Notes: a model not told the origin generated them from the sequence alone. Positions 51,475 through 61,128 are shown, counted from the first letter of the stretch. The stretch is 64,000 nucleotides of DNA from an uncultured Actinomycetes bacterium (GCA_963725665.1 CAVRZA010000002.1:529062-593061), one strand, 5' to 3'. Numbers and translations are program-made.

Positions 51475-51783
51475 CTAGGTCAGAGGGTGGACGTACAGAA
51501 GGACGGTGAAGACTGCCACGAGAAACGTGAACGCGAAGATCGCCCACGTGAGACGTCCCATGGTTTTCGCTGCTTCCTCCTGGCGCCGAGCTGCTTCGTC
51601 CTGGCGCCGAGCCACTTCGCGTTGGCGCCGGTACTCCCACTCCGTGCGCCAGAAGCGCAGTTCATCTCGCTGAAGGCTGCTACTAGCGTTGGCCACCCTG
51701 TCATACCTGGCCAGCACGTCCCCATCCGAAAGACCGTCAAGTGCTTTCATGCTTTCGGGTAGCCCGAATTCGTCGCGCGGCAC
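51475..51783 (-). CDS. Hypothetical protein with coiled coil and C-terminal TM helix
   Basis: ARRQDEAARRQEEAA repeat, then LTWAIFAFTFLVAVFTVLL. Confidence 0.6.
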   Translation of the reverse strand: MPRDEFGLPESMKALDGLSDGDVLARYDRVANASSSLQRDELRFWRTEWEYRRQREVARRQDEAARRQEEAAKTMGRLTWAIFAFTFLVAVFTVLLYVHPLT

Positions 51784-51795
51784 GATGCGCCCCCT

Positions 51796-52131
51796 TTATG
51801 CCGGCCAGTCGACAATCTTCTCGGCAACCAGCTCGCCGTTCTCGTCTTTGCTCACGCGCACCGTCACGTGGCGCTTCGATGACCGGAGCACGACCTGCGC
51901 CGACGAGAAGGACTTGCCCGCGTGAAGAACGGCCGCGCTCTCGAAGACGAGCGCGATTTGCTCACCGCTGGACAGGAAGTAGTCGCGGTTGTGGCGGTCA
52001 CGGTCGTTGCAGTGGTAATTCGGGGACCAGTCCTCACCGAGCAGCTTCGAGGCGACGGCTGCCACGTCGCCATACTCTCCGAAGAACTCCTCTTCCTTCT
52101 GGTAGTAGCGCCGCACGTCTTCGCCGGCCAT
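51796..52131 (-). CDS. Hypothetical protein (111 aa)
   Basis: GAGGGGG RBS; GC3-biased codons. Confidence 0.6.
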   Translation of the reverse strand: MAGEDVRRYYQKEEEFFGEYGDVAAVASKLLGEDWSPNYHCNDRDRHNRDYFLSSGEQIALVFESAAVLHAGKSFSSAQVVLRSSKRHVTVRVSKDENGELVAEKIVDWPA

Positions 52132-52437
52132 CAGGTCCCCCTCACGTCGTCCAATGTCCTTAGGGTGCAGGCTACCACGCGAGCAGCCCGCCGCCCCGGG
52201 TGAGACGGCGGTAGGGTGCCGAGTGGCATGGCCGCCCCCCTCCTGCTTCCTGAAGCAAAACGCGTTCGGTGCAGGGGGCAGTCCTTGTGCCTGCAGACGC
52301 CGACGTCGTACCGCGCGCCCCAGAGCCGCCGACCTTTTGAGGGCGAGTCGGTCGGCGACTCGTCGCGACTAATCCAAAAGGCCCGGTCGCGCACGGGAAG
52401 GCCCCTACGTCGCCACGTAGAGAGGCTCGAACTTGGT

Positions 52438-52701
52438 CTACTTGAGAAGAACTCTTACCGCGTTGAGGTCGGCGTCGGATAGGCCCAGTTCCCGCGCGGC
52501 ACCAGCAACAGCGACTTTAGCTTGCCGCGCTGCATGCCACTCCGGGGTCGGCACCTCGTCCAGCGACGGGGCCGCGGCGATCGTCGCGAGCGCCTGGGCC
52601 AGCTTGGCGATCAGTCCTCGCTCGTGGGGCTCGATGTGGCCGCGGCGGTCGCGCACTAAGGCCTCGAGGGCGGCGGCAGCGGTGAGCGCGTTGTCGTTCA
52701 T
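52438..52701 (-). CDS. Hypothetical protein (87 aa, phage-like orphan)
   Basis: GAGGAG RBS; helical Ala-rich protein. Confidence 0.55.
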   Translation of the reverse strand: MNDNALTAAAALEALVRDRRGHIEPHERGLIAKLAQALATIAAAPSLDEVPTPEWHAARQAKVAVAGAARELGLSDADLNAVRVLLK

Positions 52702-53016
52702 CTTCTCCTCACCGAACCCTGTAGTCGGGGCCGTGCTGCTCGGCCACCGCGGCTGCGTGCAGCGTGCCGTTCATGGCCGCGCTCTCGTGCTTGGCCCATT
52801 CTAGTCCCCAGCCGACGCCGTTGCCGCGCGGCACGTGGACAGTCAACGGTGCCCAGTGGCGCGGCGTCCAGGGGTCGGAGCCCTTCCGCGCGACGGGGGC
52901 TCCCCGGCACTCAGCGTGTCAGAATACGTGGGTCGTTGCGGAGAGCTCCCTTCACCACGGCGACAGCCTCGACGTGTACGAAAGACCCGGGCTCCTTGCT
53001 TGCGATCGGAAACTGC

Positions 53017-54271
53017 TCAGCCGCTCGCCGCTGCGGCGGTTCCCAGGAGCTCGGCCACCCGCTCTGCCGCCTCTTTGTCGGCCTTGGGCAGCACGTGGGC
53101 ATAGACGTCTAGGGTGAAGGCGACGGTTGAGTGCCCGGGCCGCTCTGAGACCAGACGCGGGTTGATGCCCAGCGCCAGGGCGAGGCTGGCGTGGGTGTGG
53201 CGCAGGCCGTGCAGCGGGATGGCCGGCAGGGCCGCTTCGCGAACGAGTCGCCGGAAGCGCGCTGTGATGCGCTCGGGATGCAGCGGAGCACCGTCTTCTT
53301 TGGTGAAGACCAGGCGGCTCTCGGTGAAGGCATCATCCCAGGACCCCTGTTCCTCGAGCTGTCTGGCGGCATGGCCTTGCAGCGACTTGAGGGTCTCGGC
53401 ATCCAAGACGATCGTCCGTCGTCCCCGCGCCGTCTTGGGCTCGCTCTCGATGAGTGTGCCGTTCAAGGGGATCAACGCGCGTCGGATGCGCACCTCCCCC
53501 GAGTCTAGGTCGAGGTCGTCCCAGCGCAGGGCCAGGGCCTCACCTCTACGGCAGCCGCTTAAGGCCAGAAAGCGCCACAGGGCGTAGAGGCGGTCGTTCT
53601 CGACGGATCTCAGGAAGGCGGCCAGCTCCTCGCTCGACCAGGCGGGTCGTTCTCTTGCCAAAACATACTCGCGCGGCGGGTCGGCCGCCGAGGCCGGGTT
53701 GGCGGCCAGGTAGCCCCAACGCATGGCATCACGGAAGGCGCGGTGCAAAGTGGCGTGCACGCGCCGCACCGTAGCGGGGGAGAGGCCGCCGCTGCCGCGG
53801 ATGCGGCCCTCGCTGAGCAGGCGCCCGTAGAGGGCGTTGAGCTTGACGCCGTCGAGACGCTGCAGGGGAACAGAGCCCAGGAAGGGGATGATGTGCTGTT
53901 CGCAGTTGCTCACGTACTGGGCATAGGTCGTCGGTCTGACCGTGGAGGCGATCGCCGGCAGCCAGTCGTTTCGCAGGAACTCGCGCAGGGTGAGATGACT
54001 CTTCGGCACGTGGCGGCGCTCTTCGATCGCCACCAGCAGCTTAGAGAGCGCCGCCTGGGCCTCGCGGCGGGTGGCGTAGCCAGCCTTGGTCTCGCGGCGA
54101 CGCTCCTCGCTCTCGGCAAGCTCGCCGCCGCAGGCCGGACAGGTGCGCAAGGGTCGCCGCTCGAAGCCAGAACCTCTTGCCGCAGAGATTGCAGCGCTGC
54201 GCCGCGGCTATGCCCACATCGACGATGTACTCGTAGCTGCGTGGCGTTCGGCGGCGGACATGCCCGCGCAT
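53017..54271 (-). CDS. Tyrosine recombinase/integrase 1 with Zn-ribbon insertion (frameshift ~54160)
   Basis: GCRRGE, PKT, HGLRH, GHS, DVYAH catalytic motifs; N-terminal arm domain with CNLC..CPAC. Confidence 0.93.
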
Positions 54272-54390
54272 GCGCTTCCCCTTGACGCGTGTCTAGTGTG
54301 ACCCAGCGTCGCTCTGCAGGGCCTGTTAGGCAACGCCGGTTGGCGCACCGAAAGCACGGGATGCAGGCGTGGGACGAACCGGTGTGGTGT
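54272..54390 (-). promoter_or_regulatory. Conserved integrase upstream leader (copy 1; copy 2 at 57704-57820)
   Basis: Aligns between the two integrases, including an identical 21-mer (54296-54316 = 57727-57747); candidate TTGCCT-N17/18-GACGCT promoter. Confidence 0.7.
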
Positions 54391-54662
54391 GTGCGGTCGG
54401 CAAGGCGGCGGCGCGATCAGCTCAGTGCAGCATCGACGCAGGCTGTGGGAGTCTGGCCTACCTCTGTTGGCGCGGTCGGCGACTAACCCGAGACGAGCTA
54501 GAAGGCAACCGTCACGCTAGTAGCGAAGTAATCCGCGGGCACGCTCCTTGATTGCACGAGATCCGCCTTGGTCGCCGGGCTCGGTGAGTTGGTGCGCCGG
54601 GGCGCCTGGCGGAACTTGCTGCCGCCACGGTGTCCTATGTGCGATTTGAGGCTGGAGGAATT

Positions 54663-54974
54663 ATGCGTACAGGAGAAGCTCTGGTTGGCTTGCCGCAGGC
54701 GGAGGTGTACCTCGTTGTGACCCACGAGTTTGAGGACGCCCGACAGATCGCCGACAAATTCAGGGCCGATATTCCCGTGATCGCCAACATGCAGAGTTGC
54801 GAGGCGGGGCTGGCCGCTCGCCTGATCGACTTCTGCAGCGGACTCACTTACGCGCTCGGCGGTGGCCTGCAGCGCCTCGACGACAGGGTCTTCCTGCTCG
54901 CGCCGCGCAACCTCGACCTGTCCAGCGACGGGACGGACGAGTTCCTCGAGAAGGGCTTCGTTAATCAGGTCTAG
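54663..54974 (+). CDS. sepF: SepF-family protein (core domain only)
   Basis: FEDARQIADKFR, RLIDFCSGLTYALGGGLQR, VFLLAP; GGAGGA RBS. Confidence 0.88.
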   Translation: MRTGEALVGLPQAEVYLVVTHEFEDARQIADKFRADIPVIANMQSCEAGLAARLIDFCSGLTYALGGGLQRLDDRVFLLAPRNLDLSSDGTDEFLEKGFVNQV

Positions 54975-55128
54975 TCGTAACGCGGTAGGCTTCTGAACAC
55001 TCGCCTCCCTACAAGTAGTGTTTAGGGAGAGAGGACTGCCTTCTCGCGGACTCAGATTCGCGCTCGTGCTTGTCTCCTGGCGCAGGCACTCCGTTTCGCA
55101 CTCCCAATGCGTCAGTCTTGGAGGGCGT

Positions 55129-55179
55129 CAGAGGTCTGCAAAACCTCCATCACCGGTTCGACTCCGGTCGCCGCCTCCA
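55129..55179 (+). pseudogene. 3' half of tRNA-Cys(GCA): att-site remnant
   Basis: GAGGT-CTGCAAA-ACCTC anticodon arm, ACCGG-TTCGACT-CCGGT T-arm, CGCCGCC-T-CCA; no D-arm or 5' acceptor strand. Confidence 0.85.
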
Positions 55180-55424
55180 AGGTCTTCTTCCTGCACCTGG
55201 CGCTCCCGATGCGCTGAGGCCATTTCGTGTGGTGGCCAGATGCCGACATCGGTCGCCGACATCGGGCGGCAAATGGGCCGCTATCGGAGAGTCGCCGGAC
55301 TCACGACCCCGCCTCCAGCTACGGCAGTTGAACAGAGTCCAGGGCGCGGGCGAGGTCGGCGGGAAGGCCGTTGATGGGGCTCACATCCATCGGACGGACC
55401 GAGAGGACGACGAAAACAAGTAGA

Positions 55425-56027
55425 TCAGGCTTCGCTCTGCAAGCGCACAGGAGGCCGTTCGCCCTCCGGGGGCGGGCCGGGAAACCACGCCTCCGGCTCC
55501 GGCCAAACGAATCCATCGGGTATGTCGTAGGTCTCGAACGTCGTGCCCGTGGCCGCCTCCGTGTCGAAGAACGCAAAGGCGTTCTGATCGACGAAGCGCC
55601 CAGATTGACTCACCGAAAACCCACGGCCGGCAAAATCAGCGAGGCGCTCCTCCCACGACTTCGCGCCGATGTCGAAGGCGACGTGGTGGATGCCCTCGCC
55701 ATGTCGGTCGAGATGCTCCTGGAAGATCGAGGGACCGTAGAGCGGCTGCATGATCTCCAGCGCCAAGTCGCCGACGTCGGCGAAGCAGACCTTGATCGCC
55801 CAGTCGGCCGCCTCGCCGTGATACGTGCGCCGCGTCACCGTGCGCGAGTCAAACGTGTAGATACGCCACGGGCCAATCCCGAGTCGGACCAGCCCCTTCA
55901 TGGTGCGCTGGTGGTCAGTAGTGACGAGGCAGATTTCAATCAGGCCGCCAAGGAAGCTGTTGGACAGTTCGGTCGCGCTTACGACCGTCGGCCATGACTC
56001 AGTGGGAGAGGCTGCGTTTTCGGTCAT
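55425..56027 (-). CDS. VOC/glyoxalase-family protein (methylmalonyl-CoA epimerase-like)
   Basis: GIGPW, LEIMQPLYGPSIF, HGEGIHHVAF, FFDT. Confidence 0.85.
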   Translation of the reverse strand: MTENAASPTESWPTVVSATELSNSFLGGLIEICLVTTDHQRTMKGLVRLGIGPWRIYTFDSRTVTRRTYHGEAADWAIKVCFADVGDLALEIMQPLYGPSIFQEHLDRHGEGIHHVAFDIGAKSWEERLADFAGRGFSVSQSGRFVDQNAFAFFDTEAATGTTFETYDIPDGFVWPEPEAWFPGPPPEGERPPVRLQSEA

Positions 56028-56432
56028 ATGAGCCTCACGGTTCGGGGTAGACGTCTGGATTGACCTCGAGGGGTTCCACGTCCATCTCAGGCAATGCAGG
56101 GTCGGGGCGCGGGAAGCCTCTCCACCGAGAGTATAGCCGGCACGCAGGGCCAGTGAACCGCCCGAACGCGGGAATCGTCGACGCAGTCCGGGATCAGAGA
56201 ACGATGGAGGGCTGGCAGCATGAATCAGCGCCGGTGTGATTCAGCTTCCTGCTCGGCCCTTTACGTCACCTATCGAACGGAGTCGTCACCGTCACATTCG
56301 TTCGACCCGTCGAAGATGAGTGCTCCGCTCGTCTACGAGCGCATCGACGTGGTTGTCGAGCCGGTCACGGCAGTGCCTTCGAGTGAGGAGGCCGACGAGA
56401 GCCAGCTGGTGCATCGAGCGGTGGCTGCGCCC

Positions 56433-57703
56433 TCAACCGCTCGATGTCGGATCCACCCTCGTCGCTTTCCCTGCGAACACCAGCCCCGCGATCAGCGCCG
56501 CCGCCTCCTCCTGCATGGCCGGGATCGCGTGCGAGTAGGTGTCGAGGGTGATCGCGACGGTGGCGTGCCCGAGGCGCTCGGAGACGACCTTAGGGTGGAT
56601 GCCGGCGCGCAGCGCCAGGGTGGCATGAGTGTGGCGCAGGTCGTGCAGACGGATGGTCGGCAGCGCAGCTCTCTTCACGGCCTGGCGAAAGAAGCGGCTC
56701 ACGACCTCGGGGTGCATAGGCCTCCCCATCCTCGCGCGTGAAGACAAGACCCGTGTCGGTCCAGTTCTTGGCTGTCGCCTGCTCCACCAGCTGACGGGCG
56801 GCCTGACGCTTCAGCACCTCGACCGTCGCCGGATCGAGGGCCACCACTCGCCGTCCCCGCGCCGTCTTCGGCTCGCAGACCACCACCTCTCTGCCGTTGG
56901 GGATCAGCGCCCGTCTGACCGAGAGCGACCCTGCCTCGAGGTCGACGTCGTCCCAGGTGAGCGCCAGGGCCTCGCCTCTTCGCAGGCCGGTCAGGGCGAG
57001 CAGATGCCAGAGGGCGTGCAGGCGATCGTCCTTGGTCGCCTCAAGGAAGGCCGTGAGCTGCTCGGCGCTCCAGGTCTTCATCTCGTGGCCAGAGCCGTTC
57101 ACCCTGGGCGGGTCGGCGGCCTCGATGGGGTTACGCGTCAGCCGCTCCCAGCGCACGGCGTCCTTGAGCGCCCGGTGCAGGACGGCGTGCACGTGACGGA
57201 TGGAGAGAGGGGAGAGGCCGCTTCTGCCGTTCTTCTTGCCGCTCAGGGCGAGCTTCGCGTAGAGGCCGTTGATCGTCGCGCCCGCTGAGCTTCTGCAGCT
57301 TCACGGCTCCGATGTGCGGGCAGATGTGACACTCGACGTGCTGCACGTAGCTTCTGTAGGTCGACGGCCTGATCGTCGCTCGGATGGCCGGCAGCCACTC
57401 CTTCTGCAGGTACTCGCGCAGGGTGAGCTTGGTCGGCGCGACGTAGGTCTTCTCCTCGACCGCGACCAGGACCTTGTCCATGGCCGCCTGGCACTCCTTG
57501 CGCGTCGCGAAGCCGGCCTTGGTCTCGCGGCGGCGCTCCTCGGTCTCGATCAGCCTGCCGCCGCAGGAGGGGCAGCTCTCCTTGGGCCGCCGCTCGACCC
57601 AGAAGCGCCTGCCGCAGCTCTGGCAGCGCTGCGCCGCTGCGGTGCCCACGTCGACGATGTACTCGTAGCTGTGTGGTCCTCGGCGGCGGATGTGACCCTG
57701 CAT
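56433..57703 (-). CDS. Tyrosine recombinase/integrase 2 with Zn-ribbon insertion (frameshifts ~57280 and ~56720)
   Basis: Three ORF pieces: arm domain with CQSC..CPSC; GLRRGE, PKT; HDLRH, LGHA, DTYSH. Confidence 0.93.
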
Positions 57704-58026
57704 GCGCTCTCCTTGACGCGCGTCTGGTGTGACCCAGCGTCGCTCTGAGGGCGCGCGTCAGGCAACGCCGAGTGGCGCACCGGAAGCACGGGATTCGGCG
57801 CGAGACGAACCTGCGTGGTGCGTTCTGCCAGCGCGGTATTGGTCGGCTCAGCGTCGGCGGCAGCGGCTAATTGCAGCGTCTTTGCCTGCCATGGATATCT
57901 GGCTGTCATGTGCGGACTCCGCAAGGCTACTGCCGGTGGCATTGGGGATTCGGTAGACCGGTCCACTGATAGATCCGGGCGAGGCGGTACCTCCGCTCGG
58001 CTCAACTGTGCTCCGAGTATGGTCGC

Positions 58027-58761
58027 TCAGGTTCTGGCCGGCTCTTGACTCCGCTTCCACTGAAGCCATTTTCGTGTCAGGTCAGTGATCAGCGTCCTAG
58101 CTTCGCTGAGCGTCATCGCATCCGACGGCGTCCATCGCCTGCCCTTCCGCCGCTGCGCGTCCCACTGCCCGGACGTGGCGTGGCGCGACGAAGCTCTCAG
58201 CACCTCGTAGCAGTTGGCCGTGTACTTGAACCTCTCGAGCTCAGTGAGATCTATCCCGAGTTCCTCGGCCGCTTTCGTTGCGCTCAGGCCGCCCTCCTGC
58301 AGGTCCTCTCGTATCGCGTCGAGAAGCTTGTATAGGTCGAACCAGTTCAAACGTTCACCAGCGAGGATTTCGAAGACCCAGGCGAGCCCCGTCTCCTCTG
58401 ACGAACGGCTGACGAACGGGCGCCAGGGTGTCCAGTCGACGTCGTTCCTGATGCGATAGCTGATCTCGAGGCATGTGCCCACCGGCTGGTAGAGGCGACC
58501 GTCGGACCGGCGGTCGGCCAGGCCTAGGTAGGTCGGCGAACCGCATCCGGCGACAAAGCCCACGAGCCCGCGAATGCGCTGAACCAGCCACTGGGCCTCC
58601 ACCTCAGCCTTGTCGCGCTCGGTGATCGAGTCGATCTCTGAGTCCCGGAGGTACGTGCTGCCGTACTCGTCTGTGAGCAGCGTCTGCGTTCCCGATAGTA
58701 GCTCGAGAATGTCCTCGCGGTCGGCGGGGTCGATCTCAACATGGATGAACCACTGTGGCAT
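58027..58761 (-). CDS. Hypothetical protein (244 aa), possible HEPN-like C-terminus
   Basis: WFDLYKLLD..FKYTAN..RASSRH (R-x4-H); no firm family. Confidence 0.65.
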   Translation of the reverse strand: MPQWFIHVEIDPADREDILELLSGTQTLLTDEYGSTYLRDSEIDSITERDKAEVEAQWLVQRIRGLVGFVAGCGSPTYLGLADRRSDGRLYQPVGTCLEISYRIRNDVDWTPWRPFVSRSSEETGLAWVFEILAGERLNWFDLYKLLDAIREDLQEGGLSATKAAEELGIDLTELERFKYTANCYEVLRASSRHATSGQWDAQRRKGRRWTPSDAMTLSEARTLITDLTRKWLQWKRSQEPART

Positions 58762-58989
58762 GCCGCGAGCTTAGTCTGTGGATCCGTGGTGTGTCACGCC
58801 TGCAGCGGGCAGCGTCTGGACTAGGATTGCGCCATGGATGTCGCCCAGATTGACGGGATGCCTCTCCTCGGAAGACGCGGTGCGCGTTCCAGCGGAGCCG
58901 CCTTCGCCTTCACCTCGGCCGCACCGAAGACGGGATCGATCGGGGTCGGCAGCCGGTGGGAAGTGAGCTTCAAGAAAGGCAGCGATGCC

Positions 58990-59968
58990 CTAGAGGCTTG
59001 ATGTGGGTTGTCCGCCCATGCAGGAGCGGCGAGTTGTCATGAGAAGAGGGTCCCCGGCTCTGCAACCTCGTGATTGGAGCACGAGATGCGTGCGTCGCTG
59101 GAGACCCTCGTTATCGCAGCCTATGTGTTCGCCTGCTCGTTGTCGATGCCTCGTCCGGGACCGGTGGGGAAGGTGACCGACCAGGAGCTGATCGCCCTGG
59201 CCGTCGCCCAGGCCGTCACCGGCTTGGTCTCCGATCGCCAGTTCCTGGGCACGATCGGGCGCTTGCTGCCGGGGTTCTTCCCGGACCTGCCCGAGCAGTC
59301 GCAGTTCAACCGCCGCTTGCGGCGCTTGACGCCGCAGATCACGACGGTGCAGCTCGGCGTCGCCGAGCTGCTCGCCTCCGGCAGCCTGCGCCTGGTCGAC
59401 GGCACCCTGCTTTCCTGCGCCAACTACGCCGGCTGCGCGAGCAAGAGCGAGTTCGCCGGCTACGCCGCTTACGGCTACTGCGCCGCCAAGAGCCGCTGGT
59501 ACTGGGGCATGCGCCTGCTCCTGCTCAGCGACAGCCGCGGGGCGCCGCTCGGCTACGACCTGCGGCCGGCCAACGAGAACGAGCGCGAGGGTGTGTTTCG
59601 GCTCGCCTGCGCGCATCCCGGCGGCGTCCTGTTCGCCGACGCCGGTCACCGCGGCCAGGAGCATCACGCCAGCCTGCGGCTGGTCGGCGTCGAGCTCATC
59701 GTGCCCGAGCGCCACAGGCTCGGCGAGCGCCCGGCCGCGGAGATCGTCAAGGCGCGCATCCGCCTGGTGATCGAGTCGGTCTTCGCCAACCTCAAGCGCC
59801 AGATGCGCCTGGAGGACCATCTCGCCAAGACGCTTCCCGGCCTCGCCCAACGAGTGGTCCAACGACTGCTGGCGCTGACCCTCGGCATGTTCATCAACAC
59901 CCTCCTCGGCCGCCCACCGCGAGCGCTCGCCGCCTACGACGGACGATGAACCCACATCAAGCCTCTAG
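58990..59968 (+). mobile_element. IS982-family insertion sequence
   Basis: Perfect 20-bp inverted ends CTAGAGGCTTGATGTGGGTT / AACCCACATCAAGCCTCTAG; the CTAG may be the target duplication. Confidence 0.9.
59086..59949 (+). CDS. IS982-family DDE transposase
   Basis: FPDLPEQSQFNRR, VDGT, YGYCAAK..WG, ADAG, IESVFANLK. Confidence 0.9.
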   Translation: MRASLETLVIAAYVFACSLSMPRPGPVGKVTDQELIALAVAQAVTGLVSDRQFLGTIGRLLPGFFPDLPEQSQFNRRLRRLTPQITTVQLGVAELLASGSLRLVDGTLLSCANYAGCASKSEFAGYAAYGYCAAKSRWYWGMRLLLLSDSRGAPLGYDLRPANENEREGVFRLACAHPGGVLFADAGHRGQEHHASLRLVGVELIVPERHRLGERPAAEIVKARIRLVIESVFANLKRQMRLEDHLAKTLPGLAQRVVQRLLALTLGMFINTLLGRPPRALAAYDGR

Positions 59969-60501
59969 AGGCCAGGGGCGGTCGTGCGAAATCCTACTCT
60001 GGCGCCTGGGAGAACGCTCTAGAAGCCGCCCCGCGCCCTTGATCTGCTTTCCGTGAGGGGCATCGCCGATCTTTCCATTCAGAATCCCTCTTCGGGATGG
60101 CGAAGTCGCGTTCGTACAAACGAGGGAGAACACTCTGACGGTCGACGGGCTCGATATCCTCGAGGCTCGCTTGGCCTACCGTCTCGAGAACCAGGAACCG
60201 CGGAGGATCTACGCGAGGTGACCGCGTTGATATGGAGCCCGCCGTGTCGGCGCAATGTCGGCTGGACGCGAAGAAGGTGTGCAAGACAATGCTAGCACCT
60301 GAAGCAGTCGGCCCCGAAAGCTTCTCGGGGCTGTCACAGCAAGTGACGTCACGGGTCGGATTCGTGCCCGATTCGGCTGGCCTGACATCGGATCGCCAAC
60401 GTCAGGCGGTCAGCGTGCTGCACCCATCCACCTAGTATGTACTTGCATCCACGGCTGGGTGTAGAACAGGCGATACAGGGGGCAGCCACGGGGGTGGGGC
60501 C

Positions 60502-61095
60502 ATGGGTCAGTGCCAGTCGTGCGGGGCCGAACTCGTTGATGGCGCGCACTTCTGCGGGGAATGCGGTACGCCGATTGCTGTTGACCAGGGGTCAACGCGG
60601 TGCCAGTCGTGTGGCGCTGACTTGATCGAAGGCGCGCACTTCTGCGGGGAATGCGGTGCCGCCGTCGCGGGCACCCCTTCCACCGAACCTTCCGAAGCCA
60701 TCCGGGTATCGTGGGAGGGCGCGGCTGGATACGCCGACGACCGGACACAACCCATCCCGCCGTTTCGATCGGCCGCTGTTCCAGTGCAGGTGCCACCTGG
60801 AACCACAGCCGTCATTATTCAGCAGCGAGGATCGCCGGGAATCGGTGTGGCGGGCTTCGTGTTGGTACTCGTCGGGCTGTTTGTGCCGTTCGTGGGGTTA
60901 ATCGGCTTCATCATGTCCATTGTTGGCTACCGACAGGCGAAGCGGGAAGGACTGAATACCGGGCTTAGCCTGGCTGGAACCATCATCGGCGCGATTGCCA
61001 CGATTACCGGCATCATCATCCTGGTGGTCATACTCGGGGCGATAGCTTCTACAAGCAGCGGCAGCGCCATGATTCGGTTGTTCTCCATGGTGTAG
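60502..61095 (+). CDS. Double zinc-ribbon membrane protein (DUF4190-like C-terminus)
   Basis: Two CQSCGA..AHFCGECG repeats, Pro-rich linker, TM segments. Confidence 0.82.
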   Translation: MGQCQSCGAELVDGAHFCGECGTPIAVDQGSTRCQSCGADLIEGAHFCGECGAAVAGTPSTEPSEAIRVSWEGAAGYADDRTQPIPPFRSAAVPVQVPPGTTAVIIQQRGSPGIGVAGFVLVLVGLFVPFVGLIGFIMSIVGYRQAKREGLNTGLSLAGTIIGAIATITGIIILVVILGAIASTSSGSAMIRLFSMV

Positions 61096-61128
61096 GACGG
61101 GGCAGTACACAGAGCCAACAAGGGGGCG

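Noticed and set aside
54320-54390. c-di-GMP/GEMM riboswitch in the integrase leader (also GGGGCGGAAAGCC near 9193)
   Set aside because: Only short word matches; the P1/P2 architecture could not be built and the orientation is opposite to the integrase.
55005-55029. CTCCCTA-N11-TAGGGAG palindrome as a dif/Xer or recombinase core site
   Set aside because: Does not match dif consensus; a hairpin after sepF is an equally good explanation.
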